A stretch of 64,000 bases of DNA from the human T2T-CHM13v2.0 reference genome, Homo sapiens: NCBI RefSeq assembly GCF_009914755.1, contig NC_060926.1; one strand, given 5' to 3'. The position numbers and the translations under genes are program-made. The stretch's first letter is position 1, and every line of letters starts with the position of its first letter. Below are positions 44,531 to 60,080 of the stretch, one piece after another. Under the pieces are notes generated by a model. That model saw nothing but the letters and a program-made list of their open reading frames with translations, ran no database searches and was not told where the DNA came from.

Positions 44531-47190
44531 TGAGCATTTGTGTATGTTTACATTCCTATGTTGTCATTTCCCTTGAGTAAATATCTAAAAGTGGAATTTC
44601 TGGGTCAGATGGTAAGTGTATGTTTAACTCTAAGAAACTGCCAAAGTGTTTCCAGAATGGCTATAGCATTTTGCATTCTCACCAGCAAAGTATGAGAATT
44701 ATATGCCAACGCTTATTTTTTTTTTAGTCTTTTTAATTTTAGTCATTTTAATTTGGATGTGTCCTAGCATCTCATTATGATTCTAATTTGCATTTCCCTG
44801 GAAACTAATGATGTTGACTAATTCATGTGCTTAATGTCCATTTATATATCTGCTTTTTGAAGTAGCTGTTCAAGTCTTTTGCCCATTAAACAATTGGATT
44901 ACATTTTAAAAATTGAGTTATGAGATATTTTTATATATTTTAGATATAAGACCTTTTTCAGGTGAATGTATTGCAAATATTTTTCCCAGTCTGTGACTTG
45001 CTTTTTCATTTTTTAATAGTATCTCTCGAAGAGCAAAAGTTTTAATTTTGATGAATTTCAGTTTATCAAGTTTTTCTTTTATGATTTTTGTGTCCTAAGA
45101 AATCTCTGCTTAGCCCAAGGTTGTGAAGATTTTATGTTTTCACCTAGAAGTTTAATAATTTTAGCTTTTATGTTTTGGTCTATGATCCATTTAGAGATTT
45201 TTGTGTGGGGGTGTATTGTGTGAAGAAATACCAAGATCGATTTTTCTTTATATGGATATCCAGTTGTTCCAGCACCATTTGTTGAAAAGACTATCCTTTT
45301 CACATTGAGTTACCTTGGCACCTTTGTCAAAAATCAATTCTCTATGTATGCGTGGGTCTATTTCTGGACACACTATTCTGTTTCAGTTATTTATATGTCT
45401 CTTCTTATGCAATGATACCCAGTAGCAACATTTATACTTAACATCCCCATCTTGGTTTCTAAGTACCTTTGAGCTGAAAGAAATCATGGCTGATTCTCAG
45501 GTATGTGACATAGGAAGTACAACATGAACCTGGGATGTCTTATACCCAAAAGCAAGGAAGTAAAAAAAAGACCAATGCACATGACAGACAGATTGAAGAT
45601 GCTCCCACTGGCCAAATTTGGGACAATTTTAACATTAAAAAGATCATCAACTGTAACTGATCATAACCCTTAAATCCACAGTGAGGGGGAGAGTAAGGGA
45701 GAGAGAGAATGTCTCAGTGCCACATTGAAGGTGACTTTTACATCAAATCCTCATTCTGAAAATCTGTAATTAAAGGGAAATAATTATTTACCATATCTTT
45801 TTAGAAGATGACAAGAAAAAAGTCTTCTTTATAGAAGAATAACAGCTAATGTAGAAGAAATGAAATAATTAGAAAACCATCCTTTTGCAATTCCCAGCGA
45901 AATAATTGATTTATGGAAGAATGATCTGTGGATGCTAAAGGCTAAAATCATTAGGAGAGAAATAGTTGTAGAGAAAGGACTATCTCATGGCACCAAAACA
46001 CCTTCTCACTAATTGCTAAGGGAAACAGAAAACTATAATAAAGGAATTTGATCATCAACACTTAAATGAATTACCTTCACATGATGTCTTTTTTTAGCAA
46101 GAGGATCTATTCCAGGATTAGGTGTTGAACCCAGTGATCATGTTTTCTCAGTCTCCCTAATCTAGAATGCTTTCAACTGCCTTTCCTTGAGTTCCATGCC
46201 ATTGATATGTTTGAAGATTACAGGGCATTTCTTTTTTAGAATAGGCCTCAATTTGGGTTTGTCCAGCATTTCTTCATGATTGAATCCAGGTTATGCATCA
46301 TTAGTAGGAGTATCACAGAAGTCAGGCTGCGTTTTCCTCGCTGTATGCTATCTTTGTCACATGAAATCAGTTTGTACTGTTACTCATGGCCTTAACTTTG
46401 AGTACTTAAGAGGTGTCTGCTACTATATAGCTCTACTATCAAGTTACTTTTCTTTCTTTTTGTAATTAATAAGTACTTTGTGAGGAGAAACTTTTCAGGT
46501 ATGTAAGCATTACATTTCTTATCCTATTTTCACCCACTAGTTTTTAGCATCCATTGATATTTATCTGCGTTATTACTCTGAAGATGGCCAAATGATTTTC
46601 TGTTTCCATAATTTCTTCTATAATTTATTTTCTGACTTTCTATAGTAAGAAAAATCTCTCTTCCTATTTATTTATTCACTTATTTATATCAGTGTGTACT
46701 CAAGAACTTTCATTCATGGATTATAATTACCACCATTTTTATTTATTTTGATGCTCCCATTGGCCCAGATTTTCATATTGGAAACCTCTTCAAGCTTCCT
46801 CTGTGTCCCTTTGACACATCCCCTAATTATTTGAACATTTTCTGGCATAGCAGGATGTTTTAGGCTCATCTTCTACCTTTCCTGCCTAGCCCTGGTATTG
46901 GCCATTTCTCCAAGAAGTCCTGATTCCTTTAGCAGAGAGTGGTGTTTGGGAGATTTGGGGCAAGTGTGCTCATGATTACTGGGGTATGGCTGCTCCCAGA
47001 CCCTCTCGGTGGGAGCAGCACTAGGTGTACAGACAAATCATATTCATTTCTATCTCTTCCTGAGTTGCATAGCTCCAGTTCCAATTCAGTACTACAGGAT
47101 TTATTCCACTTTCATCTTTTCCCTGTTTGTATTTCTTCTCTTCGTTTATGAGAAACCTATCACTCATTATTCTTAGAAAATTTACTTATT
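44530..47190. mobile_element. Patchwork of old L1 fragments (L1MB/MC - strand 44530-45410; L1MC + strand ~45420-46080; L1MC - strand ~46080-47190)
   Basis: gatatccagttgttccagcaccatttgttgaaaagact; gctcccactggccaaatttgggacaatttt; gatgctcccattggcccagattt. Confidence 0.75.
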
Positions 47191-47459
47191 TGTCCAGTCA
47201 CCTTTATGGACAAGCTAATTTCCCCATCCTGCCAGGCTGTCCCTGCTGTCTGATTTTGACATTGTCCTTGAGTGGGACACAGGTATTGGCTTGCACTGAA
47301 ATGTCCCTCCTCCACATTCTAATGCTGTTCTCATTATTACCAGCTACCACTGGGCTTCCCCTGATGTGTCACTCCAGTGCTGCTCTCACGCAGGCTGTCT
47401 TTATCCATCTTGTTTCTTATGGTAATAGAGATAATCCTAGTGATTCTTCATTAAGCTGA

Positions 47460-47905
<446 letters not shown>

Positions 47906-49572
47906 ATATATGACTTTTAAATCAGGGAAGTATGTTCAACTTTGCAAAATGCCTTTTCATCATTTAGTGAGATGATTAAGTGGGATGTCTCCTTTAATCT
48001 ATTAATACGATAAAAGATGAATAGGTGTTCTAATTTTGAACTATCTCTTGCATTCCAAGAATCTCATTTTATCATTGTGTATTAATTAATTAACTTGCTT
48101 ATATTCTATGACATTCTGGCACTATTTATAAATTACATACTGGCCTTTAGTTTCCCTTTTTGTGCTATGTTAGGCTCAATGTCAGTGTCATTCTTTCCTT
48201 CTCTCTCCATGCTTAGGGATCACTTAGGATTTGAAATAATGTGTTCCTAGAAGTTTTGCATGAAATCATTAGCGAGACTGAAGGGGCCTTGTGTTCTTGT
48301 GAGGGGTTAATCTTTGATAACCACCTCAGTTTCTTTACTGGCAATTAGTCTGTTTTTACAAATCTTATCTAAGGACAATTCTGATAATTTGTATTTCCCT
48401 AGAAACTGACTTATCTAGATTTTCAGGTATATTTGCAGAATTTTGTGTAAAGCATTTTCTTACAATTATTTTGGTTTCCTTTTAACCCATTATAATTGCT
48501 GGGTTTATGTGTTTGTTTTCCTTTCATTTCCTTTAAAAAGTGAGACAACCTGTCATTTTATCCATTTTTGTGGATATTTTTCAGGAGATCAGTTTGTATG
48601 TTTATTGCTTCTATATTTTTTATTTCCAAATCATTAATATCTGCTTTTGTCTTTAATTCATTTTTTAAATTTTCCCTGGATTTTTTTCTTATTCATTTTT
48701 CTTACCTCTTGCTTTAAATATAAACTCATTTATTTTCTTTTTTCTTATTTAATAATTTGGTTAAGTCTCTGAATTTTTCTTCAAAGCACTGATTTTAGCC
48801 ATAACACATGGATTCTGATGTGTAGTTGTTTTTATGGCTGTTATTTTCTAAACATCCTTCAATTTCACTTACCATTGCCTTTAAGTCAACTTTTTAAATA
48901 GTCTTAATTTTTAGGCAGTTGGGGATTTTTTCTATTTAAAAAATCAATTCTACTTTTTTGTATTATATCTTGAGAATATGATCTGCCCTATTTCTACTTG
49001 AATGTATTGGGAGTATTTTGTGGTTCAACGTATACTGAAGGTTTGGGGATATTCTTTGGCAATCAAAGATGAAATAGTCTTTGTTTTCAGGACGAAGTGT
49101 GTGATACAGAGCTTTTTAGAGAGACTTTATGAATTACAGAATCTGATCTTATATCTGTACTTTTTAAAAATTTTTTTTTTTTACTATTTTCTTGTACTGT
49201 CGTTGGTCAAAAGAATGAGTAAACCTTCCCTGATACTTCTGTACTTTTATTTCTCCTTGTATTTTATGCTGTTTTTGCTTTAAGAATTTTCACTCCAGGG
49301 CCTTTGGTATTAATGATCTCTGACAGATCTTTATTGTAGATTGACTCTTTATCTTTATGAAGTGAACTTATTCATCTTTAGCGTGTTTTGCCATGAATTC
49401 AACTTTGCTTGATACTAAAAATGTAATTATTCTGTTAGGTGGTTTTTTTGGGTAATCGTCTCATATATGTGCCCAGTATTTAATTTTGCTCAACATGTAT
49501 CTCTTGCATGCAACAAATAGTTGAGTTTGGTTTTTGAAACCTACCTAAGAATTTTTTCTTTTAATGAGTGGC

Positions 49573-49965
49573 TGCTGTGATTTGAACAATGATATCACTC
49601 CAAAATTCATGTTGAAACTTAACCCCAATGTAACAGCATTAAGAGGTGTGGCCTTAATGCTGTTAAAATGTGGCATTAAGAGACAATTAAGTCATGATGG
49701 CTCTACCCTCATGAAGCGGATCAGGTGCCCTTGTAAAAGGCCTTGAGTAAGTGAGTTTGGTTTTCTTGCTCTTCTGTCTCCTACCATGTGAGGATGCAGC
49801 AACAAGGAGGTGCCATCTTGGAAACGGAGAGCAGCCTTCACCAGACCCAATGTCAGCACCTTGATCTTGGGCTTCCCAGCCTCCAGAACTATAAGAAATC
49901 AATTTATATTCTAAGTTACCCAGTCTAAGGTATTTTTGTTATAGAAGCACAAATGGACTAAGACA
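49573..49965 (+). mobile_element. ERVL-MaLR solo LTR (MSTC/MSTD-like) within an old L1/HAL1 remnant
   Basis: ccaaaattcatgttgaaacttaacccc...aaatggactaagaca; TSD gtggc/atggc. Confidence 0.88.
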
Positions 49966-50399
49966 ATGGCTTTATCTCATTTATATATGTTAATATACAG
50001 CTATGTTTGTTCTCAGTTCTCTTTTGTGATTTCTGCCATTACTGCTTTATTTTCTATTTTGCTAAATAATTTATATTTTATTGTATGTGTGTTTTCTTAT
50101 AGTTCAGAAGATTTATAATGTGCTTTTTGGCCTCTTATTGCTTATTTTATAACTTTAAATGATATATTTAAGCTTACATATTTTGATTTATCAACTATTG
50201 AGAGTACCTATTGACTCTGCTATGAATAAGAAAATTTATGTTCACTTCCACACACTTCTCATTCAACTTCTAGTTTTAATTATTTTAATTCTTCTTTTTT
50301 ATAATTTACATGATTATATACATTTCTTTTTTATGAGAATTGCAACCTTAAAATTTAATTCATAGTTGTGGCTGATTATTTTTAAAGGCTTAGTGGTTT

Positions 50400-51870
<1,471 letters not shown>

Positions 51871-52878
51871 TTGATTTCTTTTTAAGAGTCAGATGTACTG
51901 AGGCTTAATTTACATACAGCAAAATTTATCTTTTTTGGGTATACCGTTCTATGAGTTTTGACAAGGGTATACAGTAGTATCAACACTACCACAATCAATA
52001 CATAGTAGAATAATTCCATGACTGCTAAAATGCTTTCTGTAGGCCTTTGTAATAATCTCCTACTCCACCCTCAGCCTCTGACAACCACTGATCCTAATTG
52101 CCATTCTTTAAAAAAAAAGTCATTATAAATGGAGTAAAGACTACATACTATAGTCTTTATTGTGTGCTTTCTTTCATTTAGCATAATGGTTTTACGATTT
52201 ATCAACACTGTTCCAAGTTTTGGTAGTTTTTTTCTGTTCTGAATGTAGATTTCATTTTATGAATATATCACAATTTGTTTATTCCCAGGTCAATAGACAT
52301 CTGAATTATTTCTAGTTTGTAGGGCTTATGAATAAAGCTCCTTTGAACACTTTAATACAGATGTTCGGGTGGATATGTTTTCATTTTTTTTTGATAAATA
52401 TCTAGTAGTGGATTGCTTATTGTATGTTTAACCTCATAGGAAACTGTCAAACTCTTTTTCAAAGCAGCTATAATACATATACATTTTCAACAGAAATAAT
52501 ATAAAAGATGCAGTTGCTTTGCTTTATTGTCAACACTCGGTATTATCAACTTTTAACATTTTAGCCACTCTAATTGGTACATTATAGTTTATTATTGAGG
52601 CTCTAATTTCAATTTCCCTAATAATAATAATTAACATATTATTATGTTTGTTTGCCATTTGAACCTTTTATTCGGCAAAGTATCTGTTCAAACTTCCTAC
52701 TTATTTTTTTTTAATTGGGCTGTTTTCTTACTGCATTTTGAGAGTGCTATATATTTTCTGAGTAACAGTTTAATTTATCATTTTTAAATTTTGTTGTTTG
52801 TACTTTTGTGTCTTAAGAAATTTTGCTAGCTCAGTGTTACAAAAATTTTATTTAGATCAAAGATTCATTTCAAGCTAA

Positions 52879-53180
<302 letters not shown>

Positions 53181-53319
53181 ACATCAATCTTTTTTCTTTT
53201 ATGGTTTGTGCCTTTGAGTGCTAAGAAATACTTGTTGGCCTAATGTTCTGAAGATTTTGTCTTTCTTCTAGAAGTTTTATAGTTTCAAGTTTTACATTTG
53301 GGTCTATGATTCATTTTGA

Positions 53320-53710
<391 letters not shown>

Positions 53711-54391
53711 TAACATATAAATGCCTAATTGTTACAGTCCCATTTATGGAAAAGACCATCCTTTCTTTATTGAATTACCTATGTACTTTATCAATACCAA
53801 ATAGACCAATACATGAGTCTATTTCTGGGCTTCTGTTTTGTATCTTTTTGTATCTTTTTGCCAAGACCACACTTCCTGCATTATGATAGCTTTATAAATC
53901 TTGAAATCAGATAGTGTAAGTCCCTCAACTTTGTTTTTCTTTTTCAAAATCATTTTGGCAATTCTGGGACTTGATTTTTCATATAAATTTTAGACTCAAC
54001 TTGTCAATTTTTATAAAAATAACTTCCGGAATTTTCATTGGGAATTACATTGAATCTACAGAGGAATTTTGGCAGAATTGACATCTTCTGATTCATGAAC
54101 ATGGTATATCTTACCATTTTTCTGCTCTTTGATTTATTTCATCAAGATTTTATAGTTTTTAGCTTTTTGCTGATTATGGAAGATTATATAGACTTGAAGT
54201 AAAAACATTTGTTTCTTCCTTTCCAATCTGTATGCTTTATATTTCTTCCCCCTGCTTTATTGCTCTGGCTAGAATCCTCAACACCATATTCTGCAGTAGT
54301 GATGAAAATGGACTTCCTTGATTCATTCCTGATCTTTGGGAAAAACATTCAGACTTTCATCACTAAGTATGATACTTGTAGACTTCACTGA

Positions 54392-54397
54392 GATATA

Positions 54398-54431
<34 letters not shown>

Positions 54432-54572
54432 TTTAATTAAACAAGTTTCTGGGTACATGTGATAACTTAATACATTTTATAATTTGTAAAGATCAAATCA
54501 GTGTACTTGAGATATCCATCACCACGTACTCTCTTTTTATAATGGTAGAAGTATCCAAATTCTTCTAGCTAT
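54392..54572 (-). mobile_element. Short L1MA 3' end with a (TA)n(T)n tail
   Basis: gggtacatgtgata...gatcaaatcagtgtacttgagatatccatcacc. Confidence 0.75.
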
Positions 54573-55142
54573 TGACTTAATTGATTTTAAAATAATATTA
54601 ATTGACCATGTCCTTTTTTATGAAACATGATCCCATCTCTACCCATCAACTTCTAGATTTTTTTAAGTAACATTTTTATATTGCTTTGGTTTATAATGTT
54701 TACATTTTATTTTGTAACTTCATTCTTGTTTAATCTTAATTCTACATTTGAGTCAATTTAAAGATCATTGCCAGTACTTTAGCCACATTTTCTCCACTCT
54801 TCTCTTGGCCAGTGAAGTTCTTCTTCAAAGTTATTTCAGAGGATGTGGGTAAACTATATTCCTAAATTTTTGCATGTTTAAAAATAGCGATTCTTATATT
54901 TGAATGTTTAGCTGGATTTTTCCCTATAATCTTGTATGCATTTCTCCATTATTTTCTAGAGTTGAGTACTGCTGTGGAGAAATCCAAAGCTAGCTTATTT
55001 TTTAATCCTTTAGTTGACATTCTTATTCTTAGGCCTGGGTTCTCACAAGATTATCTTTTTGATCATTTAAGTTTAAATAGTTAACTTAGAATAGTGCCTA
55101 GGATTTAATTATCGCACAGTAAATATTAGCTATGAACCTTGA

Positions 55143-55449
55143 CTTTATTTTCTTTTAAAAATTTTAAATTATAAGTGCATAATAGTTGTACATATTTATG
55201 GGGTACATGTGATATTTTGATAGAAGCATACAATGTGTAATGATATCAGGATAATTGGGCTATTCATAGCCTCAAGCATTTATTATTTCTGTTAGTAACA
55301 TCCTAATTCAATTCTCTTAGTTATTTTTAAGTATACAATAAATTATTGTTCACTATAGTCACCCTACTGGAGGCTGAGAAGGGGAGTGAGTGGGGGGGGG
55401 GTATAAGGAAGGATGGTTAATAGGTACAAAACATAGATAGAAGAAACAC
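55143..55449. mobile_element. L1MA 3' fragment with a 5' inversion
   Basis: - strand terminus to actatagtcaccctactg (~55369), then + strand gaggctgagaagggg...ggttaataggtacaaaa...gatagaaga. Confidence 0.8.
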
Positions 55450-56389
55450 TTCGACTTTCTGTTGTATAAAGAGTCTTGTTTTAAGTTATCTTATTTAATA
55501 AAGAACTTCTTGTTTCATGGTAAAGAAAAAACATTGTGCATGTGTATGCATGTGTTCCTCATTTGTTTTCTGTCAGCTCTTTTTCTTGAAGTATTGTGTA
55601 GATTCTAAGCTGATCCTGTTTGTGAAAACTACTGATTTCTAAATGAGGGAAATTCTTCCTGGACTGGCTATTTTAAGCTAAATGTAGGGGAAGAGCCAGG
55701 GGACTGAGCTAAGGTAGCAGTAGTTTGAGAAATCTTAGTCTTCCGATCCTCTCTCCTTAGCACACTGGCTTATGAACTTGGACTGTCTCTGGGATGGTGT
55801 GATTTCTCCCCAGCTTACAGTGAAGTCTTGTACCATATAGGACATGTAGTGTATGTGTGTGTGTGTGTGTGTGCACGCATGCATGTGTGATTTAGATTTC
55901 CATTTCCTCCATATTCTTGACTCTGTAAGCACTGTTAAGTCTCCTTTTTCCTGTTTATTTACTGTTTTCTTTTTCATCTGCTCACTTTGCATGTCTTTCC
56001 ATAGTGTAATTGCTTTTCTTTGTTTGCTTTTTTCCTTTTCATTGGCTGCAGAATTCCATTTCTTATTACCATTCATCTTTGAATGAAAACGATCTGCTCA
56101 TAACTAGCTATGACCTCAAGAATTTGGAGGAAAGCAACCTAGAGGGTGAGCTGAGGTATTAGACAGTTTCAACTCAGAGGATTAAGTTGAAATAACAGTA
56201 GTTTGAGAAATCTTAGAGTTTATGGAAACTCTGAAAGTCTCAGAATGTCTCTTCCCCATGTTTTCAGTGTTCTCTTGTACCCTCCTTGGGTGAGCAAATG
56301 GCTTGCATTTTAATAATGGTTTTTGCATGTGATGTTTCCTTTCTTTATTTCTTCCTTTGTTTTTTAAAAATTCATTCATATTTGTCTTT

Positions 56390-56652
56390 GAAGAGGCACT
56401 ATAACTTAGTGGTTATGAACACAAACTTTGTAGGCACTTTGTTTAGGTATGAATTTAGGTTCTGTCATTCACAAGCTGTGGCCTTGGGCAAGTCACTTAA
56501 CCCCTCAATGCCTCAGTTTCCTCACCAGCAACATGGGGATGGTGACAATAATAGTACCTACCTCCTAAGGATATTAGGATCAAGTGAGTTAAAATGTGTA
56601 AAGAATTTTGAATAGTCCTGGCAAAGAGCAAACACTAGATGTTTCTAAAAAT
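56390..56652 (+). mobile_element. MIR
   Basis: gctgtggccttgggcaagtcacttaacccctcaatgcctcagtttcctca...aatagtacctacctc. Confidence 0.85.
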
Positions 56653-57346
56653 AAAGCCATCTGTGATCACCTGCTATAAAATCTGATTGCTTCTTTTTAT
56701 CTCTTTTCCATGAAATCACACTGGCAGACTTCTTGTACAAATGTCATGCCGTGTCGTTTCTCATCCAGCACCACATCCCCTGTGGCTAGCAGGTTGAAGC
56801 AAGCTTCCTGAATATTTCTGAGCAAACTCTATGAATTTGCTGTTGCAACTGAAGGATCACTGATTGAGCTCTTCAGAACCATATGCTGATTTTGGGGAAC
56901 TTGTTGTACTGCATACAATCTGTCATGTGGTGTCTCTCCTCCCAACCTCTTTCAATTCGGTTCAGAATCTTCTGTCTTTGGTAGCCGTTTTTCATAGTTT
57001 TTGGTTTGGGTTTGGGATTGGGATTATTTTCCAGTTTCATTGCAGATGAAGTTTTTGTCTGTTTTTATCATTCTGCTTATTGTTTAGGTTGGTTTCAGGG
57101 AGGGGAGTAGATCTTTACTAAGTCAAGTGGAACTAGAAGTTGAGTCAATTTGACTCAAACCAATTTTATTAAATCAGATTTTAAATTGCTATTCAGAAAG
57201 TATAAAACCAGCATTTATTTTCTGTAAATTAATCACTTGTTCTTTACAACTCAGAGACATGTTTCATTCTAAGTCTCTACATTTTAAAACAGTAACTGAA
57301 ACTCTTTTATTAAAAAAAATACATTCATCTAGTTACAAATCAAATA

Positions 57347-57699
57347 CAGTCAGTCCTCTGTATTGGTGGATTCTGCATGTTATGTGGAGTCAACCAACCA
57401 TGGGTGAAAAATATTAGGAAAAAAACATGGTTGCATCTGTACTAAACATGTACAGAGTTTTTTCTTGGCATTATTCTCTCAACATACAGTATACCACTAT
57501 TTACATAGCATTTACATTTTACTAAGTATTGTAAGTTATCTAGAGATTTATTTAGAGATGATTTAGAGTATACACGAGGATGTGCATAGGTTATGGGCAA
57601 ATACTATGCCATTTGATATCATGGACTTAAGTGTCTATGGATTTTGGTAGCCAAGGAGGGTCCTGGAACCAGTTCTCCATGAATACTAAGGGGCAACTA
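57347..57699. mobile_element. MER2 (TcMar-Tigger)
   Basis: TA|cagtcagtcctctgtat...actatttacatagcatttacatt...gtcctggaaccagttctccatgaatactaaggggcaact. Confidence 0.88.
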
Positions 57700-58266
57700 A
57701 GACAGAAAAGCCTAAACAGCTCTCTGCCCTTCCCCTGTTTTCCGTTTCTTCAGTCCCGCTTCTCAAGAGCAATTATCTTTTACCAGTTTCTCTTTCGAGT
57801 TCTGGCAGCTAGCTTGATATATTTAAATCACCAAAAATATATATAAACATCTTTTTTATGTCGTTTAATTTTGTAACACATCAAAAAACAACAAATTGGC
57901 GTGTTGGGACATGCTCCTTGTGTAATGTCATGATTCCCTTGATAGAGTTGCACTATCTGAATTTTGCATGTAACTTCATTAACCTAGTCTCAACAAGGAC
58001 TCTTTATGGTTTGCTGTTAGATTTTTCTATTTACCATCACAGAACCAATTCACTGAATCTCAGGTAAATGGGGGCAGTTTTTCCTGAAGACTGCCAGAGT
58101 AGTCTGCAAAAGCTTTGTTTCTGTTGTCATTCCCCTTATGTTTAAGTTAGACATTGCTTCCCTGCCCAGATTTGCTCAGTGTTTTCTTGAAAACACTTTA
58201 ATTCAATCTTAGATTTTTTTTTTTAACCAAGTCCTTTAATTAGTCATTTGGTAGCTTTTCCTAATA

Positions 58267-58527
58267 CAGGTTCAAGATGTTTTACCCACAATTTCAAAAT
58301 TAAAGAGTTTTGTTTTTTGGTAACTCATTTGGTGGCAAAACCTGGCCTGAACTGATTTGAGGGAATATTTATCCCCGTAAGTGTCTAATTATGAGCTACT
58401 GACCCACATCCCATTGGAACTATTACATAATTTAATATGCATACATGCTCTATTGCCTTTCTAAAATCTGAAGAGTTCTGAAACATTTCTGGCCCTGAAA
58501 ACTTTGAATTCAGGGATTGTTGATCTG
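58267..58527. mobile_element. MER46C-like element (TcMar-Tigger)
   Basis: TA|caggtt...taactcatttggtggcaaaacctggcctgaactga...ttgcctttctaaaatctgaa...gatctg|TA. Confidence 0.8.
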
Positions 58528-58684
58528 TATCATGAGAGTAGAATGTTACTAGTACTGTAATTACATAGGCGAACCCTGTTCTCTAAATACTATCTTAAGC
58601 CAACAGTGCTGTTTGTATTTGTGTCCACTACTGTCCAGTCATAAATAATTCTAGTTATTTAAAAAGATAATTTAAGACCTTGGC

Positions 58685-59110
58685 TAAATGTTTTCTTGAG
58701 AATAAAAAGGCAAAGGACATTGCACTTTTATAGAAGTAGTAATGGCAAGAAGAGCTACCACTCCGGGGCTGGAAGAACAAAGGGAAGAGTTTGGAATTAT
58801 TAGAACCCAGCAAAATGGAGACTCTGAAGGGCTGGGATTGAGCTTCCGAGCAGGTGGCTCTGCCTGGCTGGAGCTGGTATGTCTGAGGTGGTACAATGAG
58901 GTTTCTGGGGCCCTGCCGACAGGAAGAAAACAGTCCTTCTTCCTCCTCTAGCCTGCCAGTCTTGCTCTAGTGCCCTCCATTAACACAGGCTATCAAAGAG
59001 CTGGTTGCCAAAGGAGGAATAGTTGACAGATTTTTAGTGCCAGGATTCCAAGGCAGAGTATAGAAGGATGGGTGTAGAGCTGAGAGGCAATAGCTAAAAA
59101 AATGGGCACA
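58685..59110 (-). mobile_element. ERVL LTR (LTR41-like), probable 3' LTR of the adjacent provirus
   Basis: gcagagtatagaaggatgggtgtagagctgagaggcaatagc...ggcaca; on the minus strand the junction reads GGAC|TGTG, as at ERVL PPT-LTR borders. Confidence 0.65.
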
Positions 59111-59115
59111 GACCA

Positions 59116-59410
59116 GGCCGGGTGCAGTTGCTCATGCCTGTAATCCTAGCACTTTGGGAGGCCGAGGCTGGCAGATCACTTATGGTCAGGAGTTCGAGAC
59201 CAGCCTGGCCAACACAGTAAAGCCTGTCTCTACTAAAAAATACAAAAATCAGCTGGGTGTGGTGGCAGGCACCTGTAATTCCAGCTACTTGGGAGGCTGA
59301 GGCACGAAAATCACTTGAACCTGGGAGGCAGGGGTTGCGGTGAGCTGAGATCATGCCACTGTACTCCAGCCTGGGTGACAGAGTCAGACTTGGTCTCAAA
59401 AGAAAAAAAA
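59116..59410 (+). mobile_element. AluS inserted at the LTR/internal junction
   Basis: Full dimer; near-TSD gggcacagacca/gggcacagtcca. Confidence 0.93.
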
Positions 59411-59769
59411 GGGCACAGTCCAAATTTTAGGCTATTCAGTATCCATATACATCTGTCTAAACATGTGAATTTTCTGACAGCAGCAATAACAAATATATCC
59501 AAGTATCCCTCATATAAAAGGTGTTTTCATTCTCTCTACAAAAGGGGACATAAAAATTCAGTATAGTCAAATTAAATCATATCTTAACATTTAATATTTA
59601 ATATGGGTGACAATCATGGTATGTACCTCTTGGTGATATTAGTTACTCCTTAAATTCATTTCCATTCCTTTACAAATATTTTATAATTTAATGACTGAAT
59701 TATAAATTTAATCACTACCAATATTTTTTTCACAATAATTAGGGAAAAAGAGAGGGAAAGAAAAAAATT

Positions 59770-60080
59770 TGTTTATATATATTACATATATAAATTTTGT
59801 TAATATATGCAAATATATATTTATATTAATATAAATATAAGTATATAAATATATATTTATATTAATATTATATAAATATATATTTATATTACATAAATAT
59901 AAAGTATATATATTTTTATATACACATAAATAAATATAAAATATATATTTATATTAACATAACATAATTATATAATTTATAATATAAAACACTATATTGC
60001 CTATAATACATATCATAGAAGATAAAAATATAACCTATATAATAACATAACATCAGGCAGTATATCATATTGTATTTATA
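59770..60080. repeat. AT-rich low-complexity (TA-like) tract
   Basis: About 200 bp almost purely A/T (59770-59985), continuing A/T-rich to ~60080. Confidence 0.9.

Noticed and set aside
58043-58063. 21-nt micro-exon-like unit (CACAG...CAG|GTAAAT)
   Set aside because: Isolated, and expected by chance in 64 kb without expression data.
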